Below are positions 24,503 through 37,121 of a stretch of DNA of 64,000 nucleotides, piece after piece (within the stretch, counting starts at the first letter, position 1; every line of letters starts with the position of its first letter). The notes beneath the pieces are model-generated. The model worked only from the letters and a program-made list of their open reading frames with translations. It was not told the DNA's origin and did no database searches. Source of the stretch: Amoebophrya sp. A120. Its lineage: Eukaryota > Protista > Dinoflagellata. The position numbers were made by a program, and so were the translations under genes. The stretch covers positions 855,415-919,414 of the forward strand of contig CAJINV010000009.1 in NCBI GenBank assembly GCA_905178155.1. The letters are read 5' to 3'.

Positions 24503-27171
24503 GGAAATTATATGAGTTAGCTAGATTCTCGCAGGCCCATGCCTTAATTATGCGTTGGTCAAGAACAACGCAGACCAGGACGCAGAAATAGAAGTTCCCA
24601 CTTCGAAGCAAGTGAACCCTGCCTACATTTCTTTTATTGCTCTCGCACATTTCGAGTTGAGCTGCGCTTGCATGAATAGCATCAACCCGTTAAAAGTTCA
24701 ACTTGTATCAAAATCGGGGATACCTGCCCATAACAACAGATTGACTTTGACACTACTGTTTGTAGTTGGCCGTTGCAGCTGTGCGCGTTCTTTAGCTTAT
24801 ATTACTTGTCGTGAGCAGAAAAAGAAATTCAAATTTTGACTACACTGACCATCTGGCTTCGACCCAGGTGGATTTATTCAGCAGAATAAAGCTGGTAGCT
24901 CTCATGCGGATTGGTCTCCTGTGCGACGACGACGGGAAGATGGATCGTGACGTCCGGGAGGGGTCCTTGCAGCTGTTTTTGTGACGTGAAGAAGAGCAAC
25001 ACCAAAGACAAACGAGAGGGGCGAGACACAAACCTCACGAAACTCATGTTCGGAATAAATTCGCTTGTTACAAGGCTTAGAAAATGATATATTATAACAT
25101 ACAATTTTCTGCACTGCTTGTCGTTTTGTTTTTTCCATGAAACAAATCAAACGCTGCTGATTAACTTGTTGCCAGTACAGAAGCAGTATGACTTTGCAGT
25201 TGCACGTGCATTCAAGACATTGACATAAGTATCAACATGAGCGATTATCAAGGTCACTTGACAGCGACTGTAACCCATACTCACTACGTGCAAAAATCTG
25301 GGTTGTAGCAGCGTTGGAGGTATACAACTCAGTAAGTAATGAAAATGATTTTTGTGGTAGGTACAATAATACGATGCATTTTTCAGTCATGACACGCGAG
25401 TAGCAGCCACTATTCTCAAACAAGAAGATAGGCAGGTAGTTCACATTCACGAGCAGGAGAGGTGAAAGCTCATAATGCGAAGTAAGTAGTTGCAGTGCAG
25501 TGGAGGTAGTGACGCCCAGATGATGGTATGCACAACAAAAGAGAACAGGACAGCAGATAATGTTAGCAGATCGAAAAAATCCGCAAAGAGCACGAAAAAG
25601 ATCATTGCATGCCGAGCGTGCAGCTCGGGTCCAAGCTTCGAAGCCCCTCCAGTTTTACGGATGTTGAACACCATGCAACGTAGACTGACCCAGAGTTCGC
25701 GTGTATGCTCGTCTTGTGTCTGTAGCACAGCAGTCACATAAAACATGTGGGTACGAATAATGAGTGCACACATTCAGGTGAAGTGCTCAATTCATAAGGT
25801 CTTTTACTGACTTTCTAGCTTTGAGTGGCGTGCACCACCAACAGCAACACTGTCCATGATCACTATCGCGGAAATGAAGGTACTGACAACGTTTCGAAAA
25901 AGTTGAAAAACAACGTCAACGCCGCCTCGGTCTTGTTCCCTGTCATGTCAGTCTGAAAGTGAGGGCAGCACTGTGCAGGCTCCTGGTCCTGCCCTAATTG
26001 TACACGAAGAATGATTATGATGTGTGGACCTACTGCAATTTTGTTTTTGACTAAAGTGATAAGACATAGACGTAGGTAATACGGACGTGAAGGACAGGCC
26101 GCATGCGGGGTTTATCGTGACGTGCTAAAGTGGAGTAAATATGCGTGCGCGCATGCACCACTGCGAAGGCAAACGAAGAAGAGGGGCAAACTGCATAAAG
26201 AATCACGCACGCTGTCGTCCGTCGTGGAGCTGGCGTGTCATTGATCTGATTCTCTAGCGATCGGCTTCCTCGGATATCTTCACTACTACTCGCATCAATG
26301 GATATTCCCACATCGGTAGATGTTCATGTTGTTCGAGTTGTTCCCCTTGCAAAACTAACAGCGGCCGCCCTTCAACTTCTTCTAGTAGTTCTTTATGTTC
26401 TTCTTGGGTAGATGGAAATGTGTAGAAATACCTGCGACTCATGTTCATGATATGTTACTCCTGTCCTCGATGTACCTGAACTAGAACTACGCCCACATTT
26501 CGCGGTCTTTGACAGCACGACCACGCTACAACAACACACAGGTAGTAGTTCCGTGGTCTGTTGCAAGGCGAGAGCAAAAGCTGCAAGCAAGCTAGCACTC
26601 ACTGCCATGCTCTTGACACGTTCACGCTCGGGCTCGAGAAAAAAAAAAGAATGTTGAATAAGTTCGTGGAGCGAATAAAGATGCGGTACAGGGTGGAGCT
26701 AGCATCATACAGGACCGCTTCACTGAGCTTTTCGGATAAAGCTTTTACAACAGTAAAGTACTTTACTGTCTGGTGTGATTGCTGCTCCTGCGAAAATTGT
26801 TTGCGTGATTGCGATTGGCGCCAAATTGGCTGTGTCCCCTTGTGTGGACTCGACAAGCAGCGTCTAGATAAACAGAGCAGAAAACAGTTATTTCTATTTC
26901 AACGTCCATCCTCACAACTCATCATTGCAATGGTTTTCATTTACGCGTAGGTACGTTCCTTTTCTACGGTAAAATGTTGATTTAGAAGTTGGGAAAATTT
27001 ATGCTCAGGCTGCACTTCTTGTCCACTTGATCTCGTCTCCCGGAGGATGATCCTAAAGCTGTATTGTAGGTGATAGTGCTGTTTCGTACTTAAAGTTAAT
27101 CTTCAAAGACTACGCGTACGCACAATATACGGCCAAAGAAACTCACGACTGGGACTGCCGGCGAGCGGGAG

Positions 27172-30100
27172 CTAGAGCACATATTTCGCTACGTCTGCTA
27201 TGTCTTTGATTTCCTGGCCTTTGTACCAAAATGGCAGTTCTAGTCCTGCTGCTGGCGGCGGAGGCGGCTGCTGTAAGTAGCACTTAACTTCGTCGCTCGC
27301 GGGTACTCCAGGTCCGGCAACCAGTCCAGGTGGGACATCTGGCGCACGTGCGACGTCTGGCCGTGTTTCACCGGCTGCTACCCGCCGCACCGCTGGATCA
27401 GAAGACCGTGGCGGCGCAACCTTTTTCTTCCCGGTATTGCGTCGATCGTCCGGAGCAGCACTGCTCGCTTCTCTATTTCTTGCGCTACTTCTCGCGCAAC
27501 GTTGATGGTGGGGCGCGCTCGTGTCGATCTCGTTGATGCGCGGAACTGTATGGAAGTGTGAGGTTCGAAATTGACAAAGTTGTCATGCACAAAATACAGA
27601 GCACAAAGTGGAAGTGCCTGCATCGGCGGGGAGCAGCAGCAGGCAAAGGAGGCCCAATATTAGAATTAGCCTTTTTGGGGTTCTTGGCGGGAATAGATAT
27701 AAAGTCGCAGGTAGGAGTAGGGCTGCGAAGGAGCATGACATTTATTTTTGATTACAGTCCCACTCCTTCTTCTGCAAGCCCCCTGCATGAGAAACTGGCC
27801 CCCTGGCCAGGAAGGTATCTGGGTCATCGGGGGCTTCCGGATTCGCATTCAAAGCTTATCGCAGGAGCCTGCGGGCCGCCGCGGGCTCCACCACTTCCCC
27901 GCGGCCCTAAAGGGCCGCGGACAACTACTGTCGCCCGCGGCGGCCCGCAGGCTCCTGCGATAAGCATTGAAGGCGAAATCCGGTCTGCTATTTCGCAGCG
28001 GGGCATCCTCTCTAGCCCCCTGCGTGACAAACTGGCCGCCTGGCCAGGAAGGTATGCGGAAAGCCGAAAACCCGCGAACCCTTCCGGGCAACCAAAATCG
28101 GCCATTTCAGACGCGGCGGAGGTCCCGAATTGGTGCTCACAACCCCGGCCAAATCGGGATTTTGGGACATGCCTCCGCGCGCTTGTAGTGCGTTTTTTTT
28201 TTCCCAATCGCGATGGTACGGCGCAAGCGCGCGCCCGCCGGACCGCCCTTGGCGGCCAGTTTGTAAGCCTGCCGAGGGTTCTCGATTTTTTTCAATTTTC
28301 GCTCTTTTTTCTGGTTCTTAGGTGGCCGAAGGGCTCTGGACATTTTCACCGCCCGCAGATGACTGGCAGTTTTGAAGCCTGCGGAGGGATTGCGCTTTTG
28401 CGCAATTTTTCATCTTTTTTCATTTTCCAAGTGGCCCGGGCGACCTGCACATTTTTACCGCCCGCATCTGACTGGCAGTTTTCAAGCCTGCGGAGGGATT
28501 GCGCTTTTGCGCAATTTCTCATCTTTTCTCATTTTCCAAGTGGCCCCAGCGACCTGCACATTTTTACCGCCCGCATCTGACTGGCAGCTTTGAAGCCTGC
28601 GGAAGGATTGCGCTTTTGCGCAATTTCTCATCTTTTTTCATTTTCCAAGTGGCCCGGGTGATCTGCACAAAATCCGACGATTGCTTCCCCCCACGTTATA
28701 AAGCAATTTTTCGCCATTTTTTTCCAACTTTTCCCAGTTACGAAGCGGCCCAAGGCTTCCGAACAGGTCGCGGGCCTGCTGCTCCAACGCAGCTGGCCAG
28801 CGGGCGGAGCAAAAAATAGTCCGCCTCTTTTTCAGATACTAAGTGGGCCAGACCGCAAAAATGCTCTTTTTTCACCTTCTCCCGCTTGGTTTCTGCCGTT
28901 TTTGCGTCATTTTTGACCTCCTGGCCATTTTCCCATCTGGTCCGCTTTTTTTCCCTTCTCCCGCTTCATTTCTGGCCATTTCCCTGACCTTCACGCCTCC
29001 CGGCGGTTGCCCTATATGGTAACGGCAACTGCCTTCGCGCTGCGTTTGCTAAGCAATATCGCAAGCGCGCAGAGCGCGCGCGCCGGCTTCGTGGGCCGGC
29101 GCGCGCTCTGCGCGCGCGCGCGCACGCATTTGGTTACCAGATAAAGTCGCAGGTAGGAGTAGGGCTGCGAAGGAGCATGACAAAAGCAGCCTCCTCAGCC
29201 ATCACTTTCCGGCCGGGCAGGCTTCCCGGTCGAGCAAAAGTGATGGCCAGGAGTTCCATGGCCATCGCTTTTCGCTCGGGCAAAAGCAATGGCCAAGAAG
29301 AGCTTCTTGGCCGTCGCTTATTTGCTTTTGGCCATCACTTCCATCCCGGCCGGGAAAAAGTGACGGCAGAGAGCCCCTTGGCCATCGCTTTCCGGTCGGG
29401 CAAAAGCGATGGCCCGGAGCTCCTTGGCCATCACACACTTCTCGCTCGGGCAAAAATGATGGCCGCGAGCTCCTTGGCCATCAGTTTTCGCCCGGGCGAG
29501 CAAAGCGATGGCCAAGAGCGCCCTGGATGGCCATCACTTTTCTTTGGTGGCCGGGCAAAGGTGATGGCCGAGAGCTCGCTGGCCATCATTTTAATTCCGC
29601 CCGCAGGGCAAAGGGGATGGCCAAGAGCTTCGTGGGCATCGTTTTTCGCTCGGGCAAAAGTGATGGCCCGGAACTCCTTGGCTATCACTTTTGGCTGTCA
29701 CTTTCCGGGCGGCCAAAAGTGAAGCCAGCCGGCCGCCAAAGCCTCCCCAAAATAACCCTTGCGGCTGGCCCCCTTTGCTTTGCTTGCCAGGCGCGCAAAA
29801 GGGGCTGACGCCGGGCCGGCGTCCTGGACGCCGGACCGCAAAAGCGCTAAAGCGGCGAGGCCGCTAGGGCAAGCGCAGGCCGGCCCAGGCGCATCAATCT
29901 CCCTCGAGGCAGCCCATGCACAAAGCAAAGCCGCACCAGTCCCGCGGGGGGGCGCGCCGGAAGGTCGTGTGTGGGTCCGTGTAATCTGTCCTCGCTATGC
30001 TTTTGCTTTCTCTTGCGGCACCGCCTCCCCCTTCTTCTGAGGCGAATACTGGTGCCTTTTGTGCCTATCTCTGTCTGTGCCATGCCTCCACCTTCTAACC

Positions 30101-33100
30101 AAGCATGAGCGTTTGCGCTCCATGTGTAGAATTATTTTTCAAGCTACTAGCCCCAGCCGGCGTCCTGGACGCCGGCGTCTAAGGGGCTAGTAGATATAAA
30201 GTCGCAGGTAGGAGTAGGGCTGCGAAGGAGCATGACAAAAGCAGCCTTGAGCTTGACCTTGAGCTTGACCTTCCAAGGCCTGCTGAGAAAATAAAGGCAT
30301 CACTTCCCAAAGCATTACCCGGCAAGCACCCGCTTGCACCTAGTTCGGCCGGGGGGACTAAAAACCGGACCGCAGTCGCTGCGAAGCGGCAACAGGTGGG
30401 TCGCCACGTAAAAGAAAGGCCAACATGCGCTGCAGACACAAAGCGCAAGACCGTCGACGGCCCGGAGGGCCGGCGACGAGAAATTTTCGCCCATGCCAGC
30501 TACTCGACCGGCAAGCGCAAAAACACAACCGGCCGAACGGGCATGGGGAGAGTCCCGAGGGCGAAAACACCGCGCCCGCGACGAGGAAAGCGCTATCTTT
30601 CTCACTTTAGCACCGATCTCGTCAATTTGTGACGGCGATCAGAGTTCGGTCAGATTTAGGTCAGAAATCCAGAATGTAATATAGGGACAGGATTTCTGAC
30701 CCAAATCAGACCTAATTCTGACCTCCGTCACAAATTCTGAACAGAGGCCATGATCTTCGTCACAAATCGGATCAGGCCCACTGATCTTCGTCACAAATTG
30801 TTGATCTCCGTCACAAATTGTTGATCTTCGTCACAAATGGTTGATCTTCGTCACAAATGGATGATCTCCATTTCAAATGGCTGATCGCCATTTCAAATGG
30901 GTGATCTCCATTTCGAAAGGCTGAAAGCCATTCAAAGTTGACGACTTCCATCCCAAATCATCCCACATCAGGCTACTGCCACATTTGCCATCCCCAGACC
31001 ACCACGTAGGCCTCGACCTTGCTTCGGCGCCTAGCCAAAGCTGAAGTCTATGGCGCCCGCACCAGGGTAGTGCGCTGCTCCATGTACCCACGTAGGGCGT
31101 AGTCAACGCATTACCGCGGTGAGGCTGTGACGCGGAAGAGAATGACCCGAAGGCACTGCTGAGATAGCTCCTGCGACGCCACCGAGTGCATCTGAAGAGC
31201 GCCCCACTTTCAAAAACCCTGTCCGTCACAAATCCGTCAACATTTGGTCAACTTTCTATTCTGCGCCGGGTGGTACAGCGTTAAAGGAGTAGGGCTGCGA
31301 AGGAGCATGACAAAAGCAGCCCTCCTTGCCCCAAACAGCACGACACCCTGGATCTGCGTGCTCCCAAAATCCGTCATGCGAAACTGTGGCTCCAACTGGT
31401 AGTTGTTGTATCGATTTTATACATTGCAAGTCGTTTCAACTTTATCGATTTCGAATCTGGCACTCCCATAAACTGATCCGTTGTAGTTAAACCAGTTGTG
31501 AACGAGGACAGCGAAGTGGGATAGATTTTGACTTGGCTTTCTCGGAAATCTTCCAATTGGTTTTGACTTTGACGTTTCCGCTGTCACGAATGTGCTCACG
31601 ATCTCTTCCAATTGCTTTCCCTTCTGCCCGAACAGAATGTTGTGGACCTTCTTCCACTGCGTCGACGAATGAAAGAGTGCCTTGGCGTCTTATCAAATGT
31701 AAAAGTGTCTGGGTCTGGAAGAGTCATGCTGTTTTTGCATGACACAGAAGGTCTGGCATGGAAGCTCTAGCATCACAGGTTCCGAGAAGCCTCCGCAATG
31801 CCGAATCCGCATGACAAGCCCCCATTTTGGTGACAGAAAGTGAGCAGCCTTGTTGCCTATGCATCAGAGATTTTTGTGTGTTCTGAAATGCGCATCACAA
31901 GTTACATCCTTCCAGACCCAGACACTTTTACATTTGATACGTCCGGCGTCGGAAACATAATCAGAGCAACGGCTATGAACTGCAGATCTGCCTGAGTTTC
32001 TCTGAAGGAATAAAAGCAAAGCTCTCGTCAGCGTCATGTTGAATTGTGCACGATCAAGACGGCGCTTCCTGTTCCACATGATGACTGCATTTTCATCGCA
32101 CGAAGAAAAAACGCTGCGCATTTCTTGGTCAAGTAAAACAGATTTTTGTGGAGTAATTATGCAAGGGAAGCACTGCAAGTCCTACAGGAGTCTCGCTCCA
32201 GTTCATTACTTACCCAGACATGTTTGCAATGCATAGCGGCGACCGGGCCGCGAATATTCCACGAGGACCGATGTCGTGAGCGCTCGTTGGCAGCCTGAAT
32301 ATTGCCCAGAAGTCTTTCCAACATTCCGCGAATTTGAATTTCGTCTTCAACTGCGAGAGGGTTTCTCTCGATGCCTTGACTTGCTCTGAAGGCGTCTCTC
32401 TCTGATATTAGTTCGGGAAGAAAAGCCAACATATCCAGTGCAAAAGTATCGTACTCGTACTTTACTAATTGCAGTCATCATGCATGACAGATCTACTTTC
32501 TAAGGGAAAACAGCATCACAAATTGCATTTTTGTTCTTGAGCAAATTTGTCATGCAGTTTATACTAGTACGATACTTTTGCAATGCATAACACACGTTTT
32601 GCAGCAACTCCACCGACATGCCAACCAGGACCTCCGGCTTCAATTCGGGACCCGCATGCTTGGGAGCCGCATACTCGCGAAGCAGTGCGCGCAAGTAAGA
32701 AGCTTGCTTCTGACGCTTGTTTAGTCGATGCATAGCCTTTTCGTTGCGCAGGATACTACTAGAAAGAAATCCCGCCACGTGCTGACCATTTTGATTCAAC
32801 TCTTCCAGCAGATTTTTTTGGAAAAGTTGAGTTGCCGTCTTCGCGGCAGGGCCCCACGGTTCCTCTGATAGCGTAAGGTGACTGAGAAAGAGCATGCGAT
32901 CCTGATCGGGGTCCGCCAGGAAGTTGTTCAGAAACACATCGCGCCAGGCCCTGGATGGGTCACTCTCAATGCTTGTGCGCAAGACATCGTGTGACGCCAA
33001 CGTACGTATTTGCTGTGCATCTTCAGCAAGATCCTCCATGCTTGTGGTTCTGGTCTCCGACGGCGAAGACATGCAAGCGGCTCCAGAGTGTTGCTCCACA

Positions 33101-34938
33101 GTGGTCCCTGGAGGTGAAGGCGAAGGCGAATGATGAGCCGCTCCAGAATGCTGCCCTGGAGGCGGTGACGCACTGGTAGCGGAGCGCAAAGAACTACGAG
33201 TCCACATACCCGACGCGGGAGCAGGAGAACTAGATGACCAAGATGACCAAGGAGGCAAGGTTGTGCGGGAGGTCCTAGTACTTTCACTCGGCTCCAAGAA
33301 CGCGAAGGGAGGCTCAATCGCCCACTTCGGTGTGGGTGCCAGGATGGGTACTAGCGCGTCCAGACTTGGATCAGGATTTTCAGAAGTTGCGCCATGATCT
33401 TCATCAATCTTCTCTGGAGATGAAGCCCTCGGAGTTGCATACATCGACGCCAAATCGTCCATCAACGTCTGCTGATCTTCCGTACGAATGATGGGGAGTT
33501 GACTTGCAAACGCCAGGAAAAACTTGACGAAGTGGGCAATTCTGCGATTTTCGAGATTCAGAACATCTTCATCGTTTCCCATCGCCGCCTTCACAGCGGT
33601 GCTCCATTTCCAGTCTAGCTCTTTGGTCGCGTCCGCAAGATCCGCTTCGTACCGCTGTATCTCTTCCCAGCGCGCTCTCAAAGCACGATCCTGCGCTTCT
33701 GGTGCTCCGTCTGCGATTTCCACCTCTTGCAGGAGCTGCGATTCCTCTATATCCTTGAACAACGTCCTCGGGTTCGCAAGAAAAAGGTATTCCGGGACCA
33801 TGGAGCGAAGCATGTGTGCGTGCTTTTTTTCCAGGCGAAAGTATTCGGCATTCTGTACCAACGCGGATTCCCAGCGAAAGAGCAGCTTCCGAAAGGGGCG
33901 ATAGAACTGCGTATAGACAGAATTCCAGTCCGCGGCGTCAAAGTGCACCCGGTACCGCTCGCGAGTCGGTCCCAGTCGGGGTCTAGCAGGATCGAGACGT
34001 ATGTATTCGGGTCCAGTGACATCTTTAATTTCGACAGCGGGAAGCGCCAGTTCGAAAGCTTTTCGTACGAATGCAGAGCTATTCCCTCGCGAGGACTTCT
34101 GCTCCAACAAGTCCACAACAAGGGACTGGGATACTGAAACACAATCCGGCAGAGATCCTACGGCGGTCCTGAGCGACGACCCTACGGCCGTCTGTCGATC
34201 TACTGGATTCGCTCTCGGCGGGACAACGAACTTTGAAAAATACTCCATCGCTTTGCCCCACATTTCTTTCCTCGCAGTGCCAAGCGCGTCTCCCTGTAGG
34301 CATCCCTGATAAGTGCGGAGGTCGCCTCTGTTTCGCAGTATGCTTTTCTGTGCCGCGAGCATTTGAATACTAAACGTTTGTGCTCGCAACTGCGCCAAAT
34401 CTTTTTCGCTTAGATGAGCGAGTTGCTCGCCGTCGTTGCTGCACATCTTGCCAGCGGCAGCCGTGTCTTGCTTTCCATCTTGCTCGTTTTGTTCCCCGCT
34501 TCTACGGCCCGTCACAGTCGCAGTCGCTCGAGTGCTGCTTTGCTGCCCGGCAGGTAAGCCAAACAACCGAGGACTGGGGCTGCGACACGTCGTCCGTGCA
34601 CTTGCCGCGCGTTTTTCTGCAGTCGCAGTTCGCTGCTCATCCGCCGATGCGGACGCGTCGAGTGTAGTTGCTTTCACGCCTTTATTTTTATTGACTTTGC
34701 GACCGCCGCGACGTTTGTGTTGTTTGCGTTTTTGTCCTGTTTCTTGCGGTTCAGGGTCACCGGCTTCGGCAGGCACGGAAAACCCTTCGTCCGTGCTTTC
34801 GGTAATATGCGGTGCTGCGGCAAAAGCGCCAAAGGCTACATGGTCGACGAGTGCAAGCCTAGTGGAGATGAGCAAGACTAAGCTGACAAGCCCAGCGCCG
34901 ACTTTCCGAGCTGACGGAAATTGTGTCAGAGCAGTCAT
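27172..34938 (-). CDS. Secreted hypothetical protein, multi-exon, interrupted by four TIR elements including the 3.9-kb one
   Basis: 812-aa ORF with a signal peptide. It continues as QNVLAFLPELISE after removing 32432-32594. WFNYNGSV joins PRINEIDTS...DVAKYVL* in frame across 27549-31475. The joins between 31.7 and 32.2 kb are less certain. Confidence 0.55.
28340..28670. repeat. 109-bp tandem repeat, about 3 copies (cassette A)
   Basis: GACTGGCAG at 28361, 28470 and 28579. Confidence 0.85.
29195..29720. repeat. Degenerate palindromic tandem repeat (cassette B)
   Basis: Alternating TTTTCGCTCGGGCAAAA and GATGGCC..GAGCTC..GGCCATC hairpin-like units, about 8-9 copies. Confidence 0.75.
30720..30935. 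repeat. ~20-bp tandem repeat GATCTTCGTCACAAATTGTT, drifting to GATCTCCATTTCAAATGG (cassette C)
   Basis: Period of about 20 nt from 30783 to 30935, with related units at 30720 and 30752. Confidence 0.8.
31691..31939. mobile_element. Introner, family C; TSD CGTCT/CGTCC
   Basis: Perfect 31-bp TIR TATCAAATGTAAAAGTGTCTGGGTCTGGAAG; same family as 18213-18477. Confidence 0.92.
32065..32235. mobile_element. Degenerate family-B introner
   Basis: Right end TTTGCAATGCATA is intact. The left end CTTCCTGTTCCA is only weakly like TATCCTGTGCAA. Removal gives GPVAALDRAQFNMTLTR. Confidence 0.45.
32432..32589. mobile_element. Introner, family B; TSD CAACA/ACACA
   Basis: Closely similar to 12165-12321 along its length; TATCCAGTGCAAAAGTATCGTACT...AGTACGATACTTTTGCAATGCATA. 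Confidence 0.9.
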
Positions 34939-37121
34939 CTTAAAGATCCTGCTGGTAGTAGTTGTGTCCTTTCTTATCGCGAAGGCGGCAAACTAGACCA
35001 CACTCCCTTCTCAATACTTCCTTCGTGACGAAAATTTAAATAAGGTAAGATTGCGAGACTTCCACCTTGCTTAAGTTCCTAGAAAACTTCTTTGATAGTG
35101 TTGAAGAAAAAGAAATACAAGAACAATACAATTACTTGCGAAATCTCTATGTTTGTGTTTCGTTTGTGCGTCTGGCGCTTAATTTAATTATGTTGATACG
35201 ACATTTACTTTTACGCTAGTTTTAATTCAAATTATCACTACTTAGTGCAATCTTTTATGAATTTTTACCTTCGATTTTCTGCGCATGCAGATGCAGTACT
35301 TGTGATACAGATATCTCGATCGGATACGATTTACGCACTACTTGCACTCGTTTTGCTTCTAGTATTAAGCCGTATGTGTAAGTTTGGTTACTTAAGTTTT
35401 TTTTGAACCGATGATGTTATCTTTAAATTCTAATATCCTACGGGATTTGAACCGTTGTTCCTCAGTAGGACCATCAACTGCACACACACTGTAATAGTAT
35501 GGAAGAAGTTGAAATGCTGTTGGTGCTTTCTCATATTCCCTTGTGCGTCGTCAACAACATGTGTCTGCGTGTACTTATCGGTGTGTGAAAGTGGTCTAGC
35601 CGGTGTGCAAGTGCGTATGAGCCGGTTGATCCTCATTTCTTTGCGAATGATTCCGAAAACATTGACATTTAGATCATTTGTGAACTTCTTTCGAAGCATT
35701 TGCGACCCAGTTGATCCAGATCCTTCTTGACATTCATATCGTAGCTGATGCTGAATTTGCATGCTGGCATTTTTCCAAGAACCTGAGAAGTCCAATGCCG
35801 CGACGATCTGGCACGACCTTAGCATTGAGCGTTTTTTTGTACACTCGCGGAACAAACAAGCGTAGGAGGTGCGACCTTCTCGTATCTGTCCATGTCGCCG
35901 TACTGCTCTGCAGGGGCGATTTCATTGTTTTTGTCTTTCTGCACATTGCGAAAACAAAGTAAGGCGAGACAACGAAGACGTCCAGTTACAGAACAGTTTC
36001 TTCACTTCAAACCCTAAACCCATAACTCATCATACATGATCAGACTGCACTCAGTCCCATTCCAAAACGCGCAAACAGGAGGAAACGTCCCCTCTGCATG
36101 CGACTGACTTTCTTGGTAGCAGCGCCCTGGGTGTGTGTTCACAGCATTGCACTTTTTTGCAAATGTAGCTTCTTCCATCGCCACCACCTCACTCTCCCCA
36201 TCATCATCTTGCTGCTCAAACTACGACTACTACTACTACTTTACTACAACTGTAACTGTTTCATCGCGTTCGTCGAATAAAGTCTTCCTTGCATTTGGAC
36301 TTCGTCTTCGACTTGGGGCGTTGAAATTGGTGGGCAGCTTTCTGCCCCCCAATTTGGGCTCAAAACTGAAGCCACGCACTCGCAACTCCAGGATCGGCCA
36401 GAAAATGGTTTGTCGCGTTTCGCGTTTAGAATTAGAAGTCACTCTTTTTCAACAGACAGCAAAACCGGAAACCTGGAAAGCCTTCAAGTATTTGAAGAAT
36501 ACTTTGAGAGCCCTAACAACTATAAACTTGGAGATCGCTGGCGTGAATTCTCGTATGCGATGTAAAGCGTACTACTTCTACTATCCTTGTTCACCCGCAG
36601 GGGCTCTCAGTTCAGGTAATGAGCTGGGCGGTGGTCCAGGTCCCTGAGTGTCTGCCTTTTTGGGAGATAACACCCAGCACCGGCCCTTCTTCCATTCCCG
36701 AGTTCTCACAAAAATCAAGACCACCGACTTGCTGCTCAAAAAAAAATCCACATTATACATTCAAATTGAAATTCGTACTACTATCGCGGTGACAGTTGTT
36801 GCTTTCTCCTCGTCATTTGAATTTATTCGTGCATGCTGCAACGCGCTTATCAATGTCAGCGTTCAAATTGAAATTGTGTTCACATTTTGAAACGCCTCCT
36901 TAAGGATACCGATACGGATAGGACGGTTCCTCTGCATGTTGATGGCGATGGCTCTCTTACAACTCTTTAGAGTACTGCTTCTACGTCCAGCACCGCACCT
37001 TTGATATTCTGAAAGAAACATGTAAACGAAAGACCACAAAGAGCGGTAGAAAAAAAACGAAAATGAGTCTGCCGGTGGTCCACCAAGTTCATCTTGAATG
37101 CGTTCACTACCGATGTCTTCT

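Larger units (their letters stand above)
27694..31321 (+). repeat. Four dispersed identical copies of a ~37-56-bp segment (core GGAGTAGGGCTGCGAAGGAGCATGACA)
   Basis: Copies at 27694-27740, 29141-29191, 30191-30246 and 31285-31321. Confidence 0.92.
27549..31470. mobile_element. Giant family-E introner carrying three nested cassettes; TSD AACTG
   Basis: Left end TATGGAAGTGTGAGGTTCGAAATTGACAAAGTTG; right end CAACTTTATCGATTTCGAATCTGGCACTCCCATA. AACTG at 27544-27548 and 31471-31475. Both ends are homologous to 21290-21601. Confidence 0.88.

Noticed and set aside
24494-24503. TGGCTCAAG resembling the 3' end of the dinoflagellate spliced leader
   Set aside because: Only 9 nt match and it is on the strand opposite to the genes. 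The GCTCAAG repeats near 30246-30265 are likewise too short.
27558-30684. ORFs within the cassettes (e.g. 340 aa at 27558, 181 aa at 29177)
   Set aside because: They cross repeat boundaries, mirror the tandem repeats, and show no transposase, RT or HUH motifs.
27694-31321. CRISPR array or true integron
   Set aside because: Spacers are about 1 kb, there is no cas gene or integrase, and the context is eukaryotic. TGGTAAC/GTTACCA does not match the attC RYYYAAC/GTTRRRY consensus. Kept only as an analogy.
35430-35962. Small ORFs between genes (also 39827-40129 and 45520-46038)
   Set aside because: No motifs or consistent exon model; coding status is undetermined.
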